DNA of 64,000 nucleotides. It comes from Aphanothece sp. CMT-3BRIN-NPC111. Lineage in GTDB: Bacteria > Cyanobacteriota > Cyanobacteriia > Cyanobacteriales > JAHHGU01. Where the stretch lies: NCBI GenBank assembly GCA_019359765.1, contig JAHHGU010000013.1:9574-73573 (forward strand), read 5' to 3'. The translations under genes and the position numbers were made by a program. The notes below the pieces were generated by a model that did not search any database, was not told the origin of the DNA, and was given only the letters and a program-made list of their open reading frames with translations. Positions 1-8,286 of this stretch are shown piece by piece; position 1 is the first letter of the stretch, and each line of letters opens with the position of its first letter.

Positions 1-2505
1 CTGACCTGAAGTGGTGCAAACTGGACTAGGAGCAGCTCCATTAATCTTGGTCAGCTTTTTTACCACATTCAAATTAATAGTCCCTGCAGCTTGTACTACG
101 GTTGTGTCGCTAGCAGAGTTGTTAGCTGCATTTGTGTCCCCTGGGGTGGAAACAGAAACGTTATTTGTAAAGGGCGAACCTGTAATAGTAGTAGGAGTTA
201 CTGTTAACAAAATTTGACTGCTTTGACCAGGTGCCAACGGGCCTGGATTAGTACAAATTACTGTAGGACCTGGTGGTGCGCTACAAGTCCAGCCAGAACT
301 ACCTGATGCAGAAGTAGCAGAAACATAGGTAAAAGAAGAGGGTAAAGTATCTGTAACAGTAATTGTTCCTGTCGTTGCTACTGCTCCCGCCCCACTACTA
401 TTAGTAACCGTAATCGTGTAAGTGCCATTCTGACTTGTGGCAAAGATTAAATTATTGTCAGTCTTACTAATACTTAAGTCCGGGCCTGGTGTAGTTGTGT
501 TGTTAGTCTTCGTAATATTAGTGTTGTCAGCAGGATTCGTGTCAAAACTTCCACTGGTAGCACTAGCAGTATTAGTAACTGAGGCGGCTACATTTGAAAG
601 AATATTGACGGTAATACTAAGGTTAGAAGTACTGCCGTTATTTAAACCACTAGGATTAGTGCAGGTAATATTTTGACGATTTGCACTACAAGTCCAACCT
701 GTCCCACTAGCAGAGCTAAAACTTAAACCTGTAGGTAAAGTATCAACGATTGTTAAAGGTGCGGCAGCATCAAAACCACTGGTATTACTAACATTCAGAG
801 TATAAGTACCCGTTGATCCGGCAACAAACACCGCATTTGAGGGAACAGAATCCTTTGTTAAAACAATATTTGGGCCCTGGACAATAGTAGTCGGATCACT
901 ATCAGTATTATTTGTTAAAACGGGGTCTTCGGGGCTAGAACTAGAAACGGTAGCGGTGTTAACAACGTTAGTCGGAGCGCTGGTGCTGACATTTACTTTG
1001 AGCTTAATAGTAGAAGTCGCACTTGATGCCAAATTGTTGGGGTTACTACAATTGATAGTTTGACCTGTCGATGAACAAGTCCAACCTGTACTTGTACCCG
1101 ATTCCACTCCTGTGCTCGCATTAGAGGGATTAAAAGTTAAGCCAGTCGGTAAGGTATCAGTAACAATAATGGGCGCGTTAGCTGTATCGGGACCTAGATT
1201 GCTAACTGCCAATGTGTATGTGTTATCTCCACTGGCAAAGTTACCTGTGTGGCTTTTGTCTATGCTGAGGTCGGCTTTGCGATCGGTTATTATGATGGGG
1301 AACCCTGTGCCCTTTCCATAATCAGAGTTGTAGTGGTAACTGCCACCGGAAAAATCTAAAATTAAGTGATTAACTATTACCTGCTCTGATGAAGAAGCTC
1401 CCGGATTATTCGCGCCAGGAGAAAGGATTTTTACGGTATATTCGGTTGTTACAGTTTCTCCCACCTTACCCGCTGTATAGGGGTCGGGAACTGGGGCATA
1501 ATCACAAACACTTGAACTTTCGTGATAACCAGTATAAGTTGGATCGCTGATCCAACCGCAAGCATCCGCATAGATGCTGCTATTGCTTACCCCAGGATTA
1601 CTGTAAGTACTTTTAACATTTAAAAATTGAAATGCACGATTAGGGAAATTGGAGCTAATTGTTAACTGAGGATAAGCAGTCGCGGTTGTGCTGGTTAGTG
1701 TGTAGGTATATACTCCTCCTACATCAACGTTACTAGGACCAGTAAAGCCGATAACCGCGTTACGAGCCTGAGACAAAATTTTCTCAACATAAAGTTGTCG
1801 AGGATGGGAAGCATCATAAGGTGTAGCGTTATTCGTGCTAACAGTACTTGCATTATTAGCGCTAGCTTCAATCCGATACAGCTGAGTTGTATTATATGCA
1901 GCCGAAGTACGCTGGATCTTGGCGTTGTAGTAAGCATCATAACAGTTAGCTGGTTTATTAGAAATTAGGTGATGATTAGATACAGAAGATCCTGCTGGTA
2001 TTGAAGATGTAAACCAAGTATCTGTATTCAGCGCATTTAGAATAGTTAAATAAGGGTTATACGCTCCTTCTCTAACAAATTTAACGGAAACATTCTGGGC
2101 AGCTTCGCTACCCGTGTTACAAACACGAGCGCCAATTAAATATTCATCGGGACCAACAGCAGGATTATTACTATCTAAGCCAATAAAGTCCCAGGTGAGC
2201 GGTTCAATAGTTAAGGTTGTAGCGGCATAAGCAGAAGGAGTCCACCAAATATTAATGCCGCTAAAGCTAATTGTAAATATAAAAGCAGTAAATGCTGTAA
2301 GCAGAAATTGCCGTATACTGTGGGGTTTGCGCTTTTGGAGTTTGGGGGAGTTTGGAAAATTACGAAATACTCGATGTTTAAAATTAAGGCTACCAGCCAA
2401 AAATGAATATAAGCTAAGCAGAATAAATTTAACCTGCTTGAATAAAGACTGTAATTTTTTAGGAAAATTGAGACGAATACGCTTTCTAGCTTTTGAAGAT
2501 TTCAT
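1..2505 (-). CDS. DUF11 (conserved repeat domain) surface protein; 3' end lies beyond the window
   Basis: Absent from the ORF track because there is no stop codon in the window. Hand translation of the minus strand from the ATG at 2505 stays open for all 835 codons down to nt 1. It begins MKSSKARK..., with a hydrophobic leader ...FIFTISFSGINIWWTPSAYA. At least 3 repeats follow of the type DLSI(D/S)KT...TVxN.G...VTDTLPxGLxF...GWTCS. The start codon is uncertain. Confidence 0.8.
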   Translation of the reverse strand, partial: MKSSKARKRIRLNFPKKLQSLFKQVKFILLSLYSFLAGSLNFKHRVFRNFPNSPKLQKRKPHSIRQFLLTAFTAFIFTISFSGINIWWTPSAYAATTLTIEPLTWDFIGLDSNNPAVGPDEYLIGARVCNTGSEAAQNVSVKFVREGAYNPYLTILNALNTDTWFTSSIPAGSSVSNHHLISNKPANCYDAYYNAKIQRTSAAYNTTQLYRIEASANNASTVSTNNATPYDASHPRQLYVEKILSQARNAVIGFTGPSNVDVGGVYTYTLTSTTATAYPQLTISSNFPNRAFQFLNVKSTYSNPGVSNSSIYADACGWISDPTYTGYHESSSVCDYAPVPDPYTAGKVGETVTTEYTVKILSPGANNPGASSSEQVIVNHLILDFSGGSYHYNSDYGKGTGFPIIITDRKADLSIDKSHTGNFASGDNTYTLAVSNLGPDTANAPIIVTDTLPTGLTFNPSNASTGVESGTSTGWTCSSTGQTINCSNPNNLASSATSTIKLKVNVSTSAPTNVVNTATVSSSSPEDPVLTNNTDSDPTTIVQGPNIVLTKDSVPSNAVFVAGSTGTYTLNVSNTSGFDAAAPLTIVDTLPTGLSFSSASGTGWTCSANRQNITCTNPSGLNNGSTSNLSITVNILSNVAASVTNTASATSGSFDTNPADNTNITKTNNTTTPGPDLSISKTDNNLIFATSQNGTYTITVTNSSGAGAVATTGTITVTDTLPSSFTYVSATSASGSSGWTCSAPPGPTVICTNPGPLAPGQSSQILLTVTPTTITGSPFTNNVSVSTPGDTNAANNSASDTTVVQAAGTINLNVVKKLTKINGAAPSPVCTTSGQ

Positions 2506-2524
2506 AATAATTAAACTATGTCAA

Positions 2525-4432
2525 CTATTCGTATAATTTGTTTATATTGCTGACCGTTGGTGCGATGCTACATGGGGGGATGACTTCTAATGGCGATCGC
2601 ACTTCCGAATTTAATGTACTATCAATAGACTTGATTAAGGCACTGACAGCAGGTTCGGATGTGCCATATTTGGGGTCTGTCGCGATCGCACTCACTCGCT
2701 CTCCAGGTTGTAAATTACTCAGAGTTAAGCTAAATTTTCCTTTAGCATCTGTTTCCACTCTAGCAAGTGGCTCGCTCAATGGGTTGTAAGCGGGGTCATT
2801 GCCGCTAGTGCGGTAAACTTCTACCTGAGAACCGGGGTCGGCAATTCCATCTAAGTTAACCTTACTATTAATTATATAAAATTCTCTCGCTAAAAACTGA
2901 GGTGCATTGATTGCTGCATTACCAGTATCTCGGCGGCGGTTGGGTGAATTTCTCCGCGGATTTGGACCATCACCTCGTTGAAAATCTTCTACACCAAAAC
3001 TTTGCTGAGTATTGAGGTCAATACTTAATCCTGTAAGGGCAGCAAAGCGATTTCCCTGGATAATATTACCTATGCTAGGAGGATATGCTGACACGACAAC
3101 ACCAGTACCAGTTTGGTTAATAATTTGATTGTTGATAACTTGGTGATTATTACCCATCAAATAAATAGCCGCCTGACGTAAACCACGACCATTAGATTGA
3201 ATTTGATTATCTTTAATTTGTACAGAACCTTCTGGTTTGAATAAATATATAGCAGTACCCTTATTACCGCAAATCAAATTCGAGCTAACTTGGGAGTTAC
3301 GAATTTTCCCTTCTAAGCGAATCGCACCCTGCATTCCAGCAATGACGTTTTCTGTAACTTGTAAATTTTCAGCGCTAACTGAGGTAATAATGCCACTGCC
3401 ATTGTGGTTAGCAATTAGGTTGCGCCGAATAGTAGTTCCGAGGCTATTAAATACATACACACCAAAGGAAGATGTTGTGGCTGGTATTTTTCCCTGGGGA
3501 GGAATGCCTAACCAATTGTTTTCAAGTACCACATCTTTTGGTGGCATCTTGTCTTTGCGTGTGCCAGATGCGGGTAGACTGCTGGCAACAAAAATATCTG
3601 CTGCTGGATTAGCTACTGTATCAGTATTTTCTGCAAACCCATACAAGCTCAACCCATTTATTTTAACATTATCTGCAAGAATGATTAATCCCCGAAATAC
3701 TTGTGCTTGTGCAGCGGGGGTAATTTCTACAATAGGAATTGGAATCGCAATTTCAGCAGATGCTGAACGAGTGGCATCATAACCTGGTTGCGTTGTTCCA
3801 TCAATTACTAATCCCGGACTGGTTAGGGGTGGTAATTCATTTTTGAGGCGGATAGTGGTTTGTTCAGCGGGTAAATTAAACTCAATTCGGGAGGGCAAAT
3901 TAGAATTAAGTTCTTCAACTTGAGCTTTTTCCTGAGAACTTAAACTTTGTATGGGCAGCGTACCATTGACAAGTGCGATCGCTTCCCGCAAAGTTAAAGC
4001 TGCATCAGCTTGAATAGTGCCGTCCTCATTACTATTCACCGCTACCCGCAAATGTAAGTTTGTTTGCTGTGCAACCCCTGGGGATAACACAGCAATTTGC
4101 TCTACACACAAACAGGTAAGCGTTAGACATACATATGCAACACGGCGACGCCAAGGTGTAACTACGTAGGCTACCCTCCTGTGTCCCCCCTTAGTCTTGT
4201 CATCACCCCCATTTCCTGAAACCTTGGCGGTGCTTGCATCCCGCCAGGGAATCAAGTCCCTGGCTAATAGCTGAAGTAGGTTAAAACCTACTGCTGTGCT
4301 ACTTCTTCTAGTTTGTTTTAACGGACTTGAGCTATTAGCCTCCGGTTTAAACCAAAGGCGGGGTGATGGGTGAGCACTAAATGTGGGTAATGACAAAGGC
4401 TTTAGTCTGTGGGCTGGTATTTTAATTTTCAT
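2525..4432 (-). CDS. Right-handed parallel beta-helix repeat protein with a C-terminal carboxypeptidase-regulatory-like beta-sandwich
   Basis: 635-aa ORF. It has periodic beta-helix repeats (NLIANHNGSGIIT.., VTENVIAG.., IKDNQIQSNG.., VINNQIINQTGTGVVV). The C-terminal stretch VNLDGIADPGSQVEVYR...TDAKGKFSL looks like a beta-sandwich domain. The ATG overlaps the upstream stop as ATGA at 4429-4432. The first ~100 codons look repeat-derived (see findings). Confidence 0.7.
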   Translation of the reverse strand: MKIKIPAHRLKPLSLPTFSAHPSPRLWFKPEANSSSPLKQTRRSSTAVGFNLLQLLARDLIPWRDASTAKVSGNGGDDKTKGGHRRVAYVVTPWRRRVAYVCLTLTCLCVEQIAVLSPGVAQQTNLHLRVAVNSNEDGTIQADAALTLREAIALVNGTLPIQSLSSQEKAQVEELNSNLPSRIEFNLPAEQTTIRLKNELPPLTSPGLVIDGTTQPGYDATRSASAEIAIPIPIVEITPAAQAQVFRGLIILADNVKINGLSLYGFAENTDTVANPAADIFVASSLPASGTRKDKMPPKDVVLENNWLGIPPQGKIPATTSSFGVYVFNSLGTTIRRNLIANHNGSGIITSVSAENLQVTENVIAGMQGAIRLEGKIRNSQVSSNLICGNKGTAIYLFKPEGSVQIKDNQIQSNGRGLRQAAIYLMGNNHQVINNQIINQTGTGVVVSAYPPSIGNIIQGNRFAALTGLSIDLNTQQSFGVEDFQRGDGPNPRRNSPNRRRDTGNAAINAPQFLAREFYIINSKVNLDGIADPGSQVEVYRTSGNDPAYNPLSEPLARVETDAKGKFSLTLSNLQPGERVSAIATDPKYGTSEPAVSALIKSIDSTLNSEVRSPLEVIPPCSIAPTVSNINKLYE

Positions 4433-7400
4433 GGCGTTGTATCTCCAGTAGTAGGAGTTACAGGAGAGGTAGTTTCTTGAGGTGGGGTAGCAGTTGATGT
4501 ATTTGGCTGCGTTTCGGAATTATTTGGCTCAGAGTTAGGAACGTTTGTAGGCGCAACTTCATTAGCTGGCGTGGGAGTTGATGTATTTGGTGTTGCTTCT
4601 GAATTAGTTGAATTAGAAGCTGGGGTAGCAGTTGCATCTTCCTTGCTTTCTGCGGCAACAGGTTTAACCTCAGATTCTTGTTGCTGTGCTGGTGCTGCTT
4701 TTTGTAAGCCAAAACCATCAAACAATTCATTCAGCTTCACTGTTAATCCTAAATAAGGACCACCTGCTGAACGGGAACCACTGAAATCTCGGTCATTAAC
4801 TCGACCAAACACATATCCACCAGATAAGCGGAGGTTGGGGGTCAGGTAGTATCCTGCTTCTATAATTAAGCCTGTCTCGCTGTAACCAGTGGATGGCTGA
4901 TTAATCATGCGAACCTCACCGACTAAATCCATTTTGTATCCAACGCGATAAGTGGTGCGGAGTTGAGCCAGCGAAGTTGTACTGCTACCAACTAAATCTT
5001 GAGCTAGGTAAGATGTGCTGTTGCGTAGTGCATATTTACCATAAAACTCCCACTGCCAATTTGGAGCATAGATAGCTTCCAAGGCTAAGACCTGATCTTC
5101 AGAACCTGTACCGCTTCCTAATAAAAGGGTGTCGGGAATAGTAGCTGGATTCTTGCGATATTCATAACGCAGCAGAGCATTAAATTTATCACTATTAGGA
5201 TCGCGGTAAGCTAAACCTACCTTGAGATCGCTTGTATTTCCCAGCCCTGTGAGCTTTTGATTAGCGGAACTGGCTTGTTGATAGCGGGCGAGGGCTGTGA
5301 GAGATGGGGTAATTTTACCTGTAGCAGCGGCTGAAATAACGGTGTTGCTGCCTTGTGAGGAGGTGCGATGTTCGTAGCGGGCACTAGCTTGAAAATTAGG
5401 ATTATCTGTATATGCAAGACCAACGCTGTAACTATCGCCGCTAGTCACTCCTAAAGAAGAGGCGCTTTGACCTGGGGCAAAAGGTTGGGGGAACTGAACT
5501 CCAGCACCTGTACGATGAAAAAAGTTGCCAAAAACGTGTTCGTAGCTAAAATCTGCGCGCAAACCGGGAGCAATTGTCAAGCCTTGCTTAAGGCCAATAG
5601 AGCCGGCTAAAGTCTGGGCATTTATCCAGGAGGCACGCCCGGTGATGGTTGTATCAGGGCCGAGCTTGTAATTGCCATCGATATCAAGACTGGTGATGGA
5701 ATTATCGTCATACTGTCCGCCAGAAAAGAAGATCTGATTAAGGCGAACATTAATACCAGGATAAGCTGCCCAATCTAAGCCCAGAATAGTACGGTCTGGA
5801 TAAACTAGATCTTGTGAACTGGAAAGATTAAGTTCATTTTGCGCTCGAAAGGTAAGCTTATTAGTTATAGGCAGCGTGACGCGCGATCGCAATTGGCTAG
5901 AGGAAACACTCAAAGGCTCAGTAGCCAGACGGTCTTCTCTTTGACGACGGATATAGTCTAAATCTACGGTGGCTTTACCAATCTGCTGTTGCAATCCTAC
6001 GGAAATAGTCGTGAGGCTGTTATCAACTTTGCTGCCAGGAATTGCATCGGAACGGGGTGTTAATAGATCTTCAAGTGTATTTAGAGGTTGGGGAGCGATG
6101 CCTTTATTATCCTCGTGGTCATATTGCACCCGCACATTCGTTGTCGGCGAGACTTTGCCGATAACTTGGGCACCATAGCGGGTTTGACCGGGAACAAAGC
6201 TGACAGTTGCATTATTAGCAAAGCCTGTATCCGCAGAGCGATAATAAGCTCGACCTTGAATTCCTGGAAGAATCTCTCCTTGAGCTTCTATACGGTAAGC
6301 AGAACCCTTCATTAACCCTAATACTTCAGAGTCGTTACTGGAATGGGCGTATTCTGCAATTAGATTTGCTTTGGGACCGAGGGAAATCAGCGCGTCAGCA
6401 CCGTAGAGTTCAAAGTGGCGAACTCCTTGGTTTTCTCGCACATAGGTAGCACCCAGCCAACTTTCGTTATTAAGTTCCCGCGAGAGATTGTATTGTACCC
6501 GTCCACCATAAATGCTATTGCTAGAGCCAGATTCATATTGATAAGTAGTTATAATTCGCCGCACTAATACTCGCCCTTCGGCATCAACATCGGTGCGTAA
6601 AATGGGTTCGCGAAACAATAAGGTGCCGCGATCATAATCAATTTCATAATCTGTACCCCGGCTAAGTTGTTTGCGTTCAAGCACGGTTCCGGGGCGATCG
6701 AGTTCTTCTGTTTCCAGAAACACATTTTCACTACCCGGTATGAGTAAGCGCCGGGAGAGGAAGTAATAGCCGCTGGTGCCGTCGGGGGCGATCGCATCCC
6801 GTTGGAAACCTTCAACGTTATTGCCATAAAAAGCAGTAGCTTGCAAATTACCCAGGTTGTAATTAGTTTTGAAGCCGTGCAACTGGCGGGTAGTGGCGGT
6901 AAATTCCTGCGATCTTCTGGCAAATTCGTTGGTATTATAATCTCCCCACATCACATAGTCGGGTTCTGCTCCTTCAACGCGGGCTGAACGCTCTAAGCGC
7001 AAAAATACACTATCTTGGGAAGGGGTTAAGACTTCAATCTGAGAGCTATCACCGTAAACTGGATAATTTTGGTCGCAAGATTGAACATCCCGATACAAGC
7101 GAGTAGTATCGTTGCAACCTTCATTCAAAGTGCGATCGCTGTTATATGCACCTGTGAACAACCAATCTCCAATTTTTCCGGTCGCGAAAACAGCCCCGCG
7201 AGTGTCTATGCGATAGCTGTTATTTTTGTCAGGGGGTAAAAAGTCCCGAAAACCTCGGTAATAGTCGGTTCCCCTAGCCCCCAAGCGTATATCCAGCACG
7301 CCTGTAACAATAGAAGAGCGTAAATTAGTCTCAAACTGTAGCTGGGTAAATGCTTCCAAATCACTAGTATTAGCCCGAACCCGCGCAGTTTGGGCATCAA

Positions 7401-8286
7401 TGCTAGAGCGTAAGCTAGCGGTAAATTGTCCTTGTCGCGCTTGCACCTGAAATCCTGGTTGATCTGGCTTTAAGTCTGCCCCGATAAACTCTCCAGCGCT
7501 GGTTTCCAGAGTTACAATTGCATCTTGGTTAGAACGGTTGCCGCTTTCATCTATTAGTTGACCTTGAACCGTAGCCGTTGAACGCCCATCCGCAGGAATT
7601 CGCGCTTCCACTGTCTGCACGGTGAGTTGTTTAGGAGCGCTCCGCACCTGCACTTTGGCTGTCGTTAATTCCCCAACAACGCCGTTATTTTTTGCTTGCG
7701 CGGTGACGGTATTTTCTCCCTCTTGTAAAGAAACACCGTACCAAGTTTGCGTTACCGTATTAAAAACTGGATCGGTTTCGGTGCGTCCAATCAAGGACGA
7801 ATCTACTGCTGCACCATTCACCTTAAGTTCTACAGTTGCTCCCACTGCATATTGCACAATGATGCTAGCGGCTGGAATATCCACTACAGTGTTGGATGCT
7901 GGAGTGAGGATTTTTACTTCAGTTGGAGCTAGGGTGTTGGCTGTTCCCGCTTTCTCAGTATTGGTTTGAGAAGTTGGTGATGCTACTGGTGAGGGAGAAG
8001 GTGCTACTTGTGGCTGTTCAGTATTAACGGGAGACTGTGGGGTGGCTTGCTGTGTAGTATTACCGTTAACAGTAGGAGTTGCTGGTGAGGGAGAAGGTGT
8101 TACTTGTGGCTGTTCAGTATTAACGGGAGACTGTGGGGTGGCTTGCTGTGTAGTATTACCGTTAACAGTAGTAGTTGCTGGTAACGGCTCAGCTGTTCTG
8201 GCAACAGTAGCAAACGTCATCATACCAAGAGTTTCTACCATCAGCCCTACCAATAAAGCCTTTGAGAATAGTTTGTTAGACTTCAT
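4429..8286 (-). CDS. Giant predicted outer-membrane beta-barrel protein with N-terminal Ig-like (Big_1/invasin-like) domains
   Basis: 1285 aa. Signal peptide MKSNKLFSKALLVGLMVETLGMMTFATVARTA. A P/T/Q-rich tandem repeat follows, then Ig-like segments (e.g. ARIPADGRSTATVQGQLIDESGN). About 860 aa show alternating-polarity strands with aromatic girdle residues, ending ...GPYLGLTVKLNELF. A roughly 90-aa P/T/S/N-rich tail comes last. Confidence 0.65.
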   Translation of the reverse strand: MKSNKLFSKALLVGLMVETLGMMTFATVARTAEPLPATTTVNGNTTQQATPQSPVNTEQPQVTPSPSPATPTVNGNTTQQATPQSPVNTEQPQVAPSPSPVASPTSQTNTEKAGTANTLAPTEVKILTPASNTVVDIPAASIIVQYAVGATVELKVNGAAVDSSLIGRTETDPVFNTVTQTWYGVSLQEGENTVTAQAKNNGVVGELTTAKVQVRSAPKQLTVQTVEARIPADGRSTATVQGQLIDESGNRSNQDAIVTLETSAGEFIGADLKPDQPGFQVQARQGQFTASLRSSIDAQTARVRANTSDLEAFTQLQFETNLRSSIVTGVLDIRLGARGTDYYRGFRDFLPPDKNNSYRIDTRGAVFATGKIGDWLFTGAYNSDRTLNEGCNDTTRLYRDVQSCDQNYPVYGDSSQIEVLTPSQDSVFLRLERSARVEGAEPDYVMWGDYNTNEFARRSQEFTATTRQLHGFKTNYNLGNLQATAFYGNNVEGFQRDAIAPDGTSGYYFLSRRLLIPGSENVFLETEELDRPGTVLERKQLSRGTDYEIDYDRGTLLFREPILRTDVDAEGRVLVRRIITTYQYESGSSNSIYGGRVQYNLSRELNNESWLGATYVRENQGVRHFELYGADALISLGPKANLIAEYAHSSNDSEVLGLMKGSAYRIEAQGEILPGIQGRAYYRSADTGFANNATVSFVPGQTRYGAQVIGKVSPTTNVRVQYDHEDNKGIAPQPLNTLEDLLTPRSDAIPGSKVDNSLTTISVGLQQQIGKATVDLDYIRRQREDRLATEPLSVSSSQLRSRVTLPITNKLTFRAQNELNLSSSQDLVYPDRTILGLDWAAYPGINVRLNQIFFSGGQYDDNSITSLDIDGNYKLGPDTTITGRASWINAQTLAGSIGLKQGLTIAPGLRADFSYEHVFGNFFHRTGAGVQFPQPFAPGQSASSLGVTSGDSYSVGLAYTDNPNFQASARYEHRTSSQGSNTVISAAATGKITPSLTALARYQQASSANQKLTGLGNTSDLKVGLAYRDPNSDKFNALLRYEYRKNPATIPDTLLLGSGTGSEDQVLALEAIYAPNWQWEFYGKYALRNSTSYLAQDLVGSSTTSLAQLRTTYRVGYKMDLVGEVRMINQPSTGYSETGLIIEAGYYLTPNLRLSGGYVFGRVNDRDFSGSRSAGGPYLGLTVKLNELFDGFGLQKAAPAQQQESEVKPVAAESKEDATATPASNSTNSEATPNTSTPTPANEVAPTNVPNSEPNNSETQPNTSTATPPQETTSPVTPTTGDTTP
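7986..8177. repeat. 2 x 96-bp near-identical tandem repeat inside the barrel gene
   Basis: Units 7986-8081 and 8082-8177 differ at 2 positions. They encode two copies of the 32-aa unit TVNGNTTQQATPQSPVNTEQPQV(T/A)PSPSP.... Confidence 0.9.

Noticed and set aside
7986-8177. The 96-bp repeat pair was considered as a possible template/variable repeat of a diversity-generating retroelement.
   Set aside because: The repeats are directly tandem and differ at only two positions, and those differences are not adenine-specific. No reverse transcriptase gene is nearby.
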